A program made the translations under genes and the position numbers. Of a stretch of 64,000 nt of DNA, positions 40,793-50,186 are shown one piece after another (the first letter of the stretch is position 1; each line of letters begins with the position of its first letter). Source of the stretch: an uncultured Bacilli bacterium (lineage in GTDB: Bacteria; Bacillota_I; Bacilli_A; RF39; UBA660). The notes below the pieces were generated by a model. It did not search any database. It was not told the origin of the DNA and saw nothing but the letters and a program-made list of their open reading frames with translations. The stretch lies in contig CAKOQK010000002.1 in the NCBI GenBank assembly GCA_934101225.1, positions 40,633 to 104,632 of the forward strand. Reading direction: 5' to 3'.

Positions 40793-42061
40793 ATGTTTGC
40801 AAATCTTAAAGGATTATTTAGTCCTTCAAATAAGGATTTACGCAAAAGAATATTGTTTACCTTAATGTGTTTAGCTATATTTGCTCTTGGAACTAATATA
40901 ATAATTCCTGGAGCAAAGAGCATTACTAATAACATAGGTTTCTTAGAATTATTAAGTTTAGTAAGTGGAGGAAATTTAAAAACATTTTCAATTTTCTCTT
41001 TAGGTGTTATGCCATATATTACTGCTAGTATTATTACACAGCTTTTACAAATGGATATTATTCCATATTTTAAGGAATTAAAAGAAAGTGGAGCAACAGG
41101 TAGACAAAAAATTAATAAAATAAATAGATATCTTGGAATGTTTTTAGCGTTTGTTCAAGCATATGTATTCTCTTTAACCTTATTAAAGGGAGATGCAATG
41201 ACAACTATTAAATCAACAGTTTATTTAACTGCTGGTACTGCATTTTTAATTTGGCTTGGTGATGAGATGACCAAAAAGGGTATTGGTAATGGTATGTCTC
41301 TAATAATAATGGCTGGTATTGTTAACAATTTACCTTCAACATTCATTACTGCTTTTCAAAATTTAATTATTAATGGAAGTTATAACATGGCTTCAGGAAT
41401 AATCTTATTTGTTTTATTTATAATTGTTTATTTAGCAATTATTGTAGGTGTTGTTTATATGCAAATTGCTGAAAGAAGAATACCTATTCAGTATTCAAAT
41501 CGTACAAGCGGAGCTTATGCAGGAGAAAAATCATATATTCCTATTAAGCTAAATACAGCAAGTGTTGTTCCAGTAATATTTGCATCAGCAATAATTGGAA
41601 TACCTTCTGTTATTGCTAATATATTAAATAAAGAAGCATTCACAAACTTTGTAAATAATTATATTGTTTATACAAGTTATACTGGGTTTATATTATATAT
41701 GTTATTAATATTTGTATTTGGATATTTTTATACATTACTTGAGTTAAATCCTGACGAAATGGCTGAAAATTTAGATACTAATCGTAGTTATGTTCCCGGA
41801 ATTGTTCCAGGAGAAGCTACTAGTAAGTATTTAAAATATGTAATAACTAGAATTTCTACTTTTGGAACTTTAGGACTTATGGTTATAGCAGCATTACCAA
41901 TTATATTTACTAAGATTTCTAATTTACCTTCTAATGTAACATTAGGTGGTACAGGATTAATCATAGTTGTAGGTGTTGCACTTGAAACTTATAAACAATT
42001 AGAAAGTTCTATAATTTCAAGAAGCTATACTGGTTCTAGAAAAAGAAGAAGAAGTAAATAA
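40793..42061 (+). CDS. secY: Preprotein translocase subunit SecY
   Basis: 10-TM protein in the spc operon position. Confidence 0.95.
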   Translation: MFANLKGLFSPSNKDLRKRILFTLMCLAIFALGTNIIIPGAKSITNNIGFLELLSLVSGGNLKTFSIFSLGVMPYITASIITQLLQMDIIPYFKELKESGATGRQKINKINRYLGMFLAFVQAYVFSLTLLKGDAMTTIKSTVYLTAGTAFLIWLGDEMTKKGIGNGMSLIIMAGIVNNLPSTFITAFQNLIINGSYNMASGIILFVLFIIVYLAIIVGVVYMQIAERRIPIQYSNRTSGAYAGEKSYIPIKLNTASVVPVIFASAIIGIPSVIANILNKEAFTNFVNNYIVYTSYTGFILYMLLIFVFGYFYTLLELNPDEMAENLDTNRSYVPGIVPGEATSKYLKYVITRISTFGTLGLMVIAALPIIFTKISNLPSNVTLGGTGLIIVVGVALETYKQLESSIISRSYTGSRKRRRSK

Positions 42062-42696
42062 TGAAAAATATTATATTTATAGCGCCTCCAGCAGCTGGTA
42101 AAGGAACTCAAAGTGATTTACTTGTTAAGAAATATGGTTATACTCATATTTCAACTGGTGATTTACTTAGAAATGAAATTGCTAAGCAAAGTGAGATTGG
42201 TAAAAATATAAAAGAGTTAATGGATAGTGGCAATTTAATAAGTGATGAAATTGTATCTAAACTACTTAAAGATAAATTAAGTAGTTTAGATGGTCCATTT
42301 ATATTAGATGGCTATCCAAGAAACTTAACTCAAACAGGTATATTAGATAAAATTTTAAAAGAAATTAATAAAAAAATTGATTTAGTTATTTATTTAGATG
42401 TACCTTATGATATACTTATGAATAGAGTATTATTAAGATTATCATGTCCTAAATGCTCTAGAAGTTATCATAAAATAAATTTGAAACCTAAAAAAGAATG
42501 GATTTGCGATGATTGTCAGGTAGAACTTGTTAGTAGATCTGATGATACCGAAGAAACATTCAAAAATAGATATCAAACTTATATTGATAATACAAGTCCT
42601 TTACTTAATTATTATAAAGAAAAGAATATGCTTGAAATAATTGATAGTACAGACTTAGATGAAACTTTTAATAGAATAGAGAAAGTGATTAAATAA
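42061..42696 (+). CDS. adk: Adenylate kinase (zinc-lid type)
   Basis: P-loop APPAAGKGTQ. Lid CPKC...CDDC. Confidence 0.95.
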   Translation: MKNIIFIAPPAAGKGTQSDLLVKKYGYTHISTGDLLRNEIAKQSEIGKNIKELMDSGNLISDEIVSKLLKDKLSSLDGPFILDGYPRNLTQTGILDKILKEINKKIDLVIYLDVPYDILMNRVLLRLSCPKCSRSYHKINLKPKKEWICDDCQVELVSRSDDTEETFKNRYQTYIDNTSPLLNYYKEKNMLEIIDSTDLDETFNRIEKVIK

Positions 42697-43442
42697 TGGT
42701 TAGTATAAAAACTAAAGAAGAGATTGCTTTAATTAAAGAATCTGGTCATATTACTTATTTAACACATCAATATTTAAAAGGTTTAATTAAACCAGGTGTG
42801 ACAACAAAATATCTTGATGATGAAGCTGGAAAATTTATAAGAGAACAAGGTGGAGTACCAAGTTGCTTAGGATATGAAGGCTACCCAGGAAATATATGTG
42901 TTTCAGTAAATGATGAAGTAGTTCATGGGATTGGTTCTGATAGAGTACTTAAAGAAGGAGATATTGTTACTCTTGATATATGTACTTTATATAAAGGATA
43001 CCATTCAGATTCTGCTTGGACCTATCCAGTCGGAAAGATTTCAAGAGAAAATGAAAGATTATTACATCATACAGAAAAAATGTTGTTTGTTGGTTTAAAA
43101 GAAGTAAAAGATGGAGCTCATTTAAACAACGTAGGTGCTCGTATTAGTGAGTATGCTCATAAATATCATTATGGAGTAGTACAAGAATTATGCGGACATG
43201 GTGTTGGACGTGAGTTACATGAAGACCCTGATGTACTAAATTATGGAAAGTATAATACAGGTATGAAGTTAAAAACTGGTATGGTTATTGCGGTTGAACC
43301 AATGATAACAGCTGGTTCCAGACATATTAACATCTTAGATAATGACTGGACTATTGTTACTAGAGATGGTAAAAATAGTGCTCATTTCGAGCATACAGTT
43401 GCTATCACAGATGATGGATATGAAATATTAACGGGAGAGTGA
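42696..43442 (+). CDS. map: Type I methionine aminopeptidase
   Basis: Metal ligands lie in conserved context (HGIG, DxxxD-type [23 protein letters not shown]). Confidence 0.93.
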   Translation: MVSIKTKEEIALIKESGHITYLTHQYLKGLIKPGVTTKYLDDEAGKFIREQGGVPSCLGYEGYPGNICVSVNDEVVHGIGSDRVLKEGDIVTLDICTLYKGYHSDSAWTYPVGKISRENERLLHHTEKMLFVGLKEVKDGAHLNNVGARISEYAHKYHYGVVQELCGHGVGRELHEDPDVLNYGKYNTGMKLKTGMVIAVEPMITAGSRHINILDNDWTIVTRDGKNSAHFEHTVAITDDGYEILTGE

Positions 43443-43446
43443 AAAA

Positions 43447-43659
43447 GTGGCTAAAGAAACTAAAATTGAAGTTGATGGTAAGGTTATTGACTGTATCAAA
43501 GATGAATATAAAGTTGAATTAGAAAATGGATTTGTAGTAACAGCTCACGTTTCTGGTAAAATACGAATGAATTACATTCGCATCTTACCGGGCGATAAAG
43601 TTACTATTGAATTTTCACCATATGATTTAACACGTGGGCGAATTATTTATAGAAAATAA
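43447..43659 (+). CDS. infA: Translation initiation factor IF-1
   Basis: GTG start, S1-like 70-aa protein, conserved position. Confidence 0.93.
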   Translation: MAKETKIEVDGKVIDCIKDEYKVELENGFVVTAHVSGKIRMNYIRILPGDKVTIEFSPYDLTRGRIIYRK

Positions 43660-43672
43660 GGAGGAACAAAAA

Positions 43673-43786
43673 ATGAAAGTTAGACCATCTGTAAAAAAAA
43701 TGTGTGCTAAATGTAGAGTTATAAGAAGAAAAGGTAAAGTTATGGTTATCTGTGATAATCCAAAACATAAACAAAGACAAGGTTAG
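43673..43786 (+). CDS. rpmJ: 50S ribosomal protein L36
   Basis: Not in the ORF track because it is too short. Translates to [37 protein letters not shown] after GGAGGA. Confidence 0.93.
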   Translation: MKVRPSVKKMCAKCRVIRRKGKVMVICDNPKHKQRQG

Positions 43787-43797
43787 GAGGAATATTA

Positions 43798-44172
43798 ATG
43801 GCTCGTATTAAGAATGTAGAATTACCAAAAGAAAAAAGAACTGAAATAGGACTTACTTATATTTATGGTATAGGTAGAAGCACAGCAACAAAGATTTGTG
43901 CTGATGCAAAAGTTGATCCATCTAAAAGAATTAAAGATTTAACTCCTGAAGATGAAGCAGCTTTAAGAAAAGAAGTAGATAAATATACTACTGAAGGTGA
44001 TTTAAGAAGAGAAGTTCAAATGAACATTAAAGGTAAAATGGAAATAAATTCATACCAAGGAACTAGACATAAAAAAGGATTACCTGTTCATGGACAAAGA
44101 ACTAGTCGCAACGCTAAGACTCGTAAGGGTAAAGGTAAAGTAGTTGCTAATAAGAAAAAAGTAGGTAAATAG
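43798..44172 (+). CDS. rpsM: 30S ribosomal protein S13
   Basis: [10 protein letters not shown] start and operon order. Confidence 0.95.
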   Translation: MARIKNVELPKEKRTEIGLTYIYGIGRSTATKICADAKVDPSKRIKDLTPEDEAALRKEVDKYTTEGDLRREVQMNIKGKMEINSYQGTRHKKGLPVHGQRTSRNAKTRKGKGKVVANKKKVGK

Positions 44173-44182
44173 GAGGTAAATT

Positions 44183-44566
44183 ATGGCTTATAATAGAAGA
44201 AAAAGAAAAGTAAAAAAGAATATTCCTGAAGCACAAGCACATATTCATTCAACTTATAATAATACTGTTGTTTCTATAACAGATAAAGATGGAAATGTAA
44301 TTAGCTGGGCATCAGCTGGAACAATTGGATATAAAGGTTCTAAAAAGAAAACTCCATTTGCTGCTGGACAAGCTGCTGAAGCTGCTGCTGGAGCTGCAAC
44401 TGCTTCTGGTGTTAAAAAAGTTGAAGTATTTGTTAAAGGATTAGGTAGTGGTAGAGAAAACGCAATTCGTGCTTTACAAACTGCTGGCTTAGAAATTACT
44501 GCAATAAATGATGAAACACCAGTACCACATAATGGTTGTAGACCACCAAAACGTCCAAGAAATTAA
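44183..44566 (+). CDS. rpsK: 30S ribosomal protein S11
   Basis: The motifs [10 protein letters not shown] and [10 protein letters not shown]. Confidence 0.95.
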   Translation: MAYNRRKRKVKKNIPEAQAHIHSTYNNTVVSITDKDGNVISWASAGTIGYKGSKKKTPFAAGQAAEAAAGAATASGVKKVEVFVKGLGSGRENAIRALQTAGLEITAINDETPVPHNGCRPPKRPRN

Positions 44567-44581
44567 GAAGGGGAGATTTTT

Positions 44582-45529
44582 ATGAATATGAATTTTGAAA
44601 AACCTGAATATAAAATAACTGAATATGTTGAAAAAAATAATTATGGTAAGTTTGAACTTGAACCATTAGAAAGAGGATTTGGTACTACTATAGGTAATGC
44701 ACTTAGAAGAGTAATGTTATCATCAATGCCAGGTTCTGCAATTACATCTGTTAAAATTGAAGGTGTTATGCATGAATTCCAAAAAATAGATGGTGTTGTT
44801 GAAGACGTTACATCAATTATTTTAAATTTAAAAAGTGTAGTTATTAAAAACCATACTCATGAAGATAAAAAAATCCATTTATATGCAGATAAAGAAGGTG
44901 TAGTAAAAGCCGGAGATATTGAAGTAGATGCTGATTTAGAAATTGTTAATCCAGATTTAGTTATTTGTAATTTAGTTCAAGGTGGAAAAATTGATATGGA
45001 AATGACTGTTGGTTGTGGTCGTGGATATGTTGATTCTAAAGAAAATAAAAAGATTTTAGGAGATGCTGTTCAAGGATTAATTCCAATAGATTCATTATAC
45101 AGTCCAATAGAAAGAGTTTCTTATGAAGTAGAAGGGGCTCGTGTTGGACACAATGAAAATTATGATAAATTAATTATGGAAGTTTATACTAATGGTTCTA
45201 TAAATCCAGAAGAGGCTATGGCTTTAGCATCTAAAATATTAATTGAACATTTTAATATAATTTCTAATTTAAATGAAATTTCAGATGCAACTGGAATTAT
45301 GGCTGAAAAGAAAGTTGATCAAATTACTAAGACATTAGAAACTCCTATCGAAGAAATTGAATTCTCAGTTAGAGCATATAATTGCTTAAAGAGAGCTGGA
45401 ATTAATACAATGCAAGATTTAATTGATAAGAGAGAATCAGAAGTTAATAAAATTCGTAATTTAGGTAAAAAATCTCTTAAAGAAGTTATAGATAAAGTTA
45501 AAGATATGGGACTAAAGTTCCGTGATTAG
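44582..45529 (+). CDS. rpoA: DNA-directed RNA polymerase alpha subunit
   Basis: NTD motif GFGTTIGNALRRVMLSS. CTD motif SVRAYNCLKRAGI. Confidence 0.95.
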   Translation: MNMNFEKPEYKITEYVEKNNYGKFELEPLERGFGTTIGNALRRVMLSSMPGSAITSVKIEGVMHEFQKIDGVVEDVTSIILNLKSVVIKNHTHEDKKIHLYADKEGVVKAGDIEVDADLEIVNPDLVICNLVQGGKIDMEMTVGCGRGYVDSKENKKILGDAVQGLIPIDSLYSPIERVSYEVEGARVGHNENYDKLIMEVYTNGSINPEEAMALASKILIEHFNIISNLNEISDATGIMAEKKVDQITKTLETPIEEIEFSVRAYNCLKRAGINTMQDLIDKRESEVNKIRNLGKKSLKEVIDKVKDMGLKFRD

Positions 45530-45543
45530 AAAGGTGTGTAAGT

Positions 45544-45888
45544 ATGTTATATCGTAAATTAGGTAGAGAAACTCGTATTAGAAGAAGCATATTGGCTGGA
45601 CTAACTAAAGATGTAATCAATCATGGATATGTTGTTACTACTGATGCAAGAGCAAAAGAAGTAAGAAAATTCGTAGATAAAATGATTACTTATGGTAAAG
45701 ATGGTTCTTTAGTTGCAAGAAGAAAGGCTTTAGCTTTCTTACATAATGATAAAGATACTGTTAATAAAGTATTTGCAGAATTAGCTCCTAAGTATGCTAA
45801 CCGTCAAGGTGGTTATACTAGACTAATTAAATTAAATGAACGTAAGGGCGATGACGCTATGCAAATTAGACTTGAATTAGTTGACTAA
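45544..45888 (+). CDS. rplQ: 50S ribosomal protein L17
   Basis: Last gene of the alpha operon. Carries the GGYTR motif. Confidence 0.95.
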   Translation: MLYRKLGRETRIRRSILAGLTKDVINHGYVVTTDARAKEVRKFVDKMITYGKDGSLVARRKALAFLHNDKDTVNKVFAELAPKYANRQGGYTRLIKLNERKGDDAMQIRLELVD

Positions 45889-45904
45889 TTTAGGTCTTTT
45901 TTTT
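45868..45904 (+). terminator. Intrinsic terminator of the ribosomal superoperon
   Basis: 13-bp stem AGACTTGAATTAG / CTAATTTAGGTCT (two G-U pairs), loop TTGA, T8 run. Overlaps the rplQ stop. Confidence 0.8.
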
Positions 45905-45922
45905 ATAATTATAAAGATAGAT

Positions 45923-46174
45923 ATGGTAGAAGAAAAAAGAAAATTAATTAAAGAATTAGCTATTGATATTATATTTGTTTTAATTTTAATTGGATTAACA
46001 ATAATTGGAGTAACTCATGTATTTCCAAAAAATAGTAAAGTACATGTTATGTCTACTCATGATTTTGAATGTAAAAATGCAATTAATTGTGAATGTAATA
46101 AAAGAAACTGCATTTGTGATTATTGTTTAGATGATTTTTGTAAGGAAAGTAAAAAAATAACTTGTAATAATTAA
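45923..46174 (+). CDS. Small membrane-anchored Cys-rich protein
   Basis: One TM (IIFVLILIGLTIIGV), then nine Cys in 40 residues (ECKNAINCECNKRNCICDYCLDDFCKESKKITC). No clear RBS. Confidence 0.4.
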   Translation: MVEEKRKLIKELAIDIIFVLILIGLTIIGVTHVFPKNSKVHVMSTHDFECKNAINCECNKRNCICDYCLDDFCKESKKITCNN

Positions 46175-46641
46175 TGAAAGAAAGTAGGAATATTATGAAG
46201 GAAGCAATAGATGAAGCGAGAAGAACGATGAATTTAAATTATGGTGGACCATTTGGAGCAATGATTGTAAAAGATAATAAAATTATAGTGGTTGCTTCTA
46301 ATACTGTTTTAAAAGATAATGATCCTACAGCTCATGCTGAAATTAATGTAATCAGAAAAGCAAGTAAAGTACTTAATACTTATGATTTATCAGGATGCAC
46401 TTTATATACAACAGGGTATCCATGTCCTATGTGTTTATCAGCAATTATTTGGTCCAATATCAAAGAAGTATATTATGGGACTAACCTAGAAGATGCTGAA
46501 AATATTGGTTTTAGAGATGAATTTATCTATGATTATATTAAAGGAAAAAATAAAGATATATTAAGATTAAAGAATTTTGAACATGATGAATGTCTAAAAT
46601 TATTCAAAGAATATTATGAAAATAATAAAGAAATATATTAG
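46174..46641 (+). CDS. guaD: CMP/dCMP-type zinc deaminase, GuaD-like (guanine deaminase)
   Basis: HAE and PCPMC zinc motifs. Overall collinearity with my recollection of the 156-aa B. subtilis GuaD (GGPFGA.IVKD, NDPTAHAE, LYT...PCPMCL.AI.W). Confidence 0.65.
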   Translation: MKESRNIMKEAIDEARRTMNLNYGGPFGAMIVKDNKIIVVASNTVLKDNDPTAHAEINVIRKASKVLNTYDLSGCTLYTTGYPCPMCLSAIIWSNIKEVYYGTNLEDAENIGFRDEFIYDYIKGKNKDILRLKNFEHDECLKLFKEYYENNKEIY

Positions 46642-46651
46642 GAGCTATTAT

Positions 46652-47437
46652 ATGAAACAAACATTAGAAGAATTAAGAGAAAGTTACTACATTGCAATTA
46701 GCCGGTTAGATAATGAAGATGATATTAGAAATTCGTTACCTTCAAATACCTGTGATAGTTTTGAAGAATTAATAAATATGATTACATCTAAATTAGATGA
46801 TGAAATTTGTGAGTGGGAACAAGAAGATTTAATTGCTGAAACAGAGGAAGACAAAGAATTAGTAAAAAAAGAACTCGATATATTATACTTAAAGAAGAGA
46901 ATTTGTTTGGAAAAATTAAATGAATTTAATCAAAATAATGCTTTAGTCGAAGCTTATGAGAATATACCTCAAAAACATTTAATATTTGCAACAAGTGATT
47001 TAGGAAATGTATACTTTTTAAGAGATTTAAAAGATGTTTCAGAAGAATATTACAAAGATGTGTTAGACTTATTAAATGATTTACAAAATAATAATATTAG
47101 TGTTATGAATGAAACTAAAGATAAAAAATTAAATGGTAAATTGTCAGATATTTTTGAAAAGAAAGCATTTAAAATAAGAATTTGTTACCGTATATTAACG
47201 CCAGATACATGTTATGTTATGCTAGTTAAAATGAAAAAATCAACTAGAGATACAAAATATAATGCAGAGATTGAAAATAGAAAATTAAATACAGAGAGTG
47301 ATTATCAAAGAGTAAAAAAACTATTACAAGATCCTAAAAGTAGAGAAGATTTAATAAGTTCTAATGAAGAAATAAAAAAAGAAATTGAAAAATATATAAA
47401 AGAAAATGGTAGAGGAGGGTATCAAAATGCTATCTAA
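46652..47437 (+). CDS. Hypothetical protein; the C-terminal half has a RelE/Gp49-like pattern
   Basis: ATG after AGGAG. See findings for the segment KLSDIFEKKAFKIRICYRILTPDTCYVMLVKMKKSTRD. Confidence 0.5.
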   Translation: MKQTLEELRESYYIAISRLDNEDDIRNSLPSNTCDSFEELINMITSKLDDEICEWEQEDLIAETEEDKELVKKELDILYLKKRICLEKLNEFNQNNALVEAYENIPQKHLIFATSDLGNVYFLRDLKDVSEEYYKDVLDLLNDLQNNNISVMNETKDKKLNGKLSDIFEKKAFKIRICYRILTPDTCYVMLVKMKKSTRDTKYNAEIENRKLNTESDYQRVKKLLQDPKSREDLISSNEEIKKEIEKYIKENGRGGYQNAI

Positions 47438-47675
47438 AAGGAATAATGATGCTGGGTTAAAATTAATTGAAAAAGTAAAATTAATGTATATAAAAGAAAT
47501 AATTGATGAATTAAAAAATAGTCCGGAACTTACCTTATATTTAGCTGAAGAAGAAGATCTATCTCCCAAAGATTATATAATATATACTAGTACACTAGAT
47601 AAAAATATAGGATATTATGATAGTACCTTAAAAAAGATATATACCCTAAAAAGTAACCAAAACAAAAATCATTAG
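47427..47675 (+). CDS. Small hypothetical protein overlapping the upstream gene
   Basis: ATG after GAGGAGGG. 11-nt overlap with the previous ORF. Confidence 0.4.
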   Translation: MLSKRNNDAGLKLIEKVKLMYIKEIIDELKNSPELTLYLAEEEDLSPKDYIIYTSTLDKNIGYYDSTLKKIYTLKSNQNKNH

Positions 47676-47692
47676 AAATTGTTCTAATGATT

Positions 47693-48202
47693 TTATTTTT
47701 CAAATATACTTAATATTTTAGAAGCTATAAAAACAATATTATCTGCTTTTTTAACTGCAACTGTTTTAAATATTGCTTTACCTGTTACTGTTAAAGCTGA
47801 AATAATTGCTGAAGTAATAATTGAGGCTATTGTAATATCAATATATTTTGACATGCTTATTGCAAGTACTGCTCCTAAACCACCAGATACAATTCCACAA
47901 ACATCACCAATAATATCGTTACAAAAACTTGCAACTCTTACATTCTTTCTAATTAATTTAGTTGCTTTCTTAGCTCCTTTAATTTTTTTAGAACTTTTAG
48001 CATGAAATGTTGATTCCCTAGCCGATAAAACAGCAACACCTAACATATCAAAAACTATTCCTATAGAGATAACTAATAAAATTAATAATATCATAATTAT
48101 ATTACTTGCATTATTAGATAATTTATTAGTTAGAAAACTAAATATTAACGCAAGAGTAAAAGATAGTATAAATACTATTAAATTCCAATTCACTTTTTTC
48201 AT
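47693..48202 (-). CDS. Small 4-TM membrane protein with DxxxD in TM3 (OapA-like, or DUF21-like TM-only protein)
   Basis: Four hydrophobic helices, a basic loop (KSSKKIKGAKKATKLIRKN), and NDIIGDVCG (D96/D100). Confidence 0.6.
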   Translation of the reverse strand: MKKVNWNLIVFILSFTLALIFSFLTNKLSNNASNIIMILLILLVISIGIVFDMLGVAVLSARESTFHAKSSKKIKGAKKATKLIRKNVRVASFCNDIIGDVCGIVSGGLGAVLAISMSKYIDITIASIITSAIISALTVTGKAIFKTVAVKKADNIVFIASKILSIFEK

Positions 48203-48223
48203 TAATAACCCTTTCTTTTTATG

Positions 48224-48252
48224 AAAAAAACTTTATATAAATATAAAGTTTT
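48224..48252 (-). terminator. AT-rich hairpin plus U-tract on the minus strand, 20 nt upstream of the 4-TM gene RBS (terminator or attenuator)
   Basis: The minus strand reads AAAACTTTATAT-TT-ATATAAAGTTTT followed by TTT. Confidence 0.45.
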
Positions 48253-48740
48253 GAAATAAAACAATGGTTTATTATAAGTTAATTTTACGGCTTTGGTCGA
48301 GTTGAGTTTCTCTATTTTCCTTCCTTTGATTACTCTAGGGCGATTTCTCCTTTACAGAAAATAATTATTAGTTGCCTAAGTAATTACTCGATTGCCACAT
48401 AGTCCGTACTACAATCCTTATAATAAATACATGCTAGAGGTTTTCCCTGACACTCTTATCCCATTCTTATTCGCTTTTGCAAAAATGATTTCAATTTCTA
48501 TCCCACATTTTCACTCACGACATGATTTTAATTCTTTTATTATCTAATAATAGGGTAAGACATATGCCATTATGGTTTCCCTACTATTTAAAATTACATA
48601 TTCGCCCCAACTTGGGCAGAAGAAGCAAAATATATAAAGTATCGATATCAATTAATGGATTTTTAGGCCCATCTTCAAATGGTGTTTGTGACTAGCATAA
48701 TGCACCACGTATTAATAATATCACATTTTAATTAAAATGT
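48253..48740 (-). ncRNA. Candidate large structured RNA or long structured leader (unclassified; OLE-like context)
   Basis: No ORF of 60 aa or more on either strand across 48203-48927. By hand count G+C is about one third here, against far lower values in neighbouring spacers. Several helices contain G-U pairs only on the minus strand. A possible promoter is TTGTTC-16-TATACT at 48770-48743. Confidence 0.4.
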
Positions 48741-48880
48741 CCAGTATAGTATATGCCAAATAGCGAACAAAATATTGACCTTTATTTTAGATTGTGATTT
48801 ATAATCTAAATTTTATACTAAAAAATTACATAACAAATATATAGATTATTTTATGTAAAATTATCTTTAAAAATTAAAAA

Positions 48881-48909
48881 TTGACAATTAGTAATTATTT
48901 TATTAAAAT
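48881..48909 (+). promoter_or_regulatory. Sigma-A-type promoter of the 48928 surface-protein gene
   Basis: TTGACA (48881-48886), 17-nt spacer, TAAAAT (48904-48909). Confidence 0.6.
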
Positions 48910-48927
48910 AAAATCAAGGAGGAACGT

Positions 48928-50112
48928 ATGTCAAAGACAAGAGAAGAAGACAAAAAGTCTTCTAAAAATGAGAATAAGAAAAAGATTATTGGTATCATTT
49001 TTGGTATTTTATTGTTATCTTTAATAATTTTCTTATTATGGTTTTTTAATCGAAAGTTTGATATCACTTTTGATTTAAATAATGGTGCTAAAGAAGACAT
49101 AACTCAAGTTAAATATAACCAAACCATTGATGTAAAAGATATCAAAGATGAAAAAGAACTTGGAGAATCATTTATAAATTGGTATGAAGTGATTGAAATT
49201 AAAGAAAATGAGGAATTATTAGCCAAAGAACCATTTGATTTTAACACCAAAATTAAAAAGAATATAAAATTAAAAGCAATTTATAAAGGAAAAATCGAAT
49301 CTATTACTATTACATTTGATTCTAAAGGTGGTAGTGCTGTTAAACCTATTACAATCAATAAAGGAGTTCCATTAACTCTTCCTAAAGAACCTACATATAG
49401 TGGATATACTTTTAAAGGATGGTATGATAAAAATGGAACACCAATTCATGAAAAAGCACTTTTAGAAGAAGATACTACTTTATATGCTAAATGGAAAAAA
49501 ATACCAACAACAACAACAGCAGCACAAACTCAGCCAGAAGAAAAAATATCATTAAGATTAAGCGTGGACACTCTTCATGTTAACGGAATTAAAAAATCAA
49601 ACGCGACAGCTAGTGTTGAAAATTCTAGCGGAAATGTTACGTATTCATTAAGTGATACTAATTGTATGACAATTAATGAAAATACCGGTGTTATTAATGT
49701 TGTTTCTAACCCTAAAAATTGTTCAAATGGAGCAACCGTTACAGTAACTGCTAAAACTCCAAGTGGAAAAAGTGCTACTGCAACTATTTATTATGAAAAA
49801 GATTTAGCTTTAACTCATGAAAATAAAATTTATACAAAAAATGATAAAACATATGGTAAATCTTCATCATTTACTGTTAACGCCAATCAGAATGTTAGTT
49901 GGAATATTGCTGCCGCAGTAGAACCATCATATAATTATACTTATAATGCTTACAAAAATAAAACAGCAACATCTGTAACTGGTGATTATATTATTGAAAG
50001 TATTGTAGAATCAACTGGCGCTATTAGTAAAATATCATCTGATGTAAAAGTAACAGCTACTACTAAGGCTGGACAAAAATTATCTTTAATTATAAATAAA
50101 TATGTAGCGTAA
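48928..50112 (+). CDS. Membrane-anchored surface protein with Listeria-Bacteroides (Flg_new) repeats and a Big_2-like domain
   Basis: N-terminal anchor. Repeats of the form ITFDSKGGS...YSGYTFKGWYDKNGTP...DTTLYAKW. An Ig-like segment SLRLSVDTLHVNG...VTYSLSD. Confidence 0.7.
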   Translation: MSKTREEDKKSSKNENKKKIIGIIFGILLLSLIIFLLWFFNRKFDITFDLNNGAKEDITQVKYNQTIDVKDIKDEKELGESFINWYEVIEIKENEELLAKEPFDFNTKIKKNIKLKAIYKGKIESITITFDSKGGSAVKPITINKGVPLTLPKEPTYSGYTFKGWYDKNGTPIHEKALLEEDTTLYAKWKKIPTTTTAAQTQPEEKISLRLSVDTLHVNGIKKSNATASVENSSGNVTYSLSDTNCMTINENTGVINVVSNPKNCSNGATVTVTAKTPSGKSATATIYYEKDLALTHENKIYTKNDKTYGKSSSFTVNANQNVSWNIAAAVEPSYNYTYNAYKNKTATSVTGDYIIESIVESTGAISKISSDVKVTATTKAGQKLSLIINKYVA

Positions 50113-50186
50113 TTAAAAATAGAAGATTATAATGTTACTAAGTAAAAAACTCTAGATTTTCTAGATGTTTTTTTATACTATAATTA

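Noticed and set aside
33016-40935. Antisense or alternate-frame ORFs within the ribosomal operon (33016-33297, 34655-34849, 37074-37256, 39728-40033, 40699-40935)
   Set aside because: They overlap highly conserved r-protein genes and have no independent support.
48203-48927. I considered RNase P RNA, tmRNA, M-box and yybP-ykoY riboswitches as identities for the ORF-free block
   Set aside because: On neither strand could I find the hallmark strings: GAGGAAAGTCC or GGCTTACAGAA for RNase P; a GGGG...TTCGAC 5' end and GGTTCGA.TCC...CCACCA 3' end for tmRNA; GTTAGGTGAGG for M-box; GGGGAGTAG for yybP. The block therefore remains unclassified.
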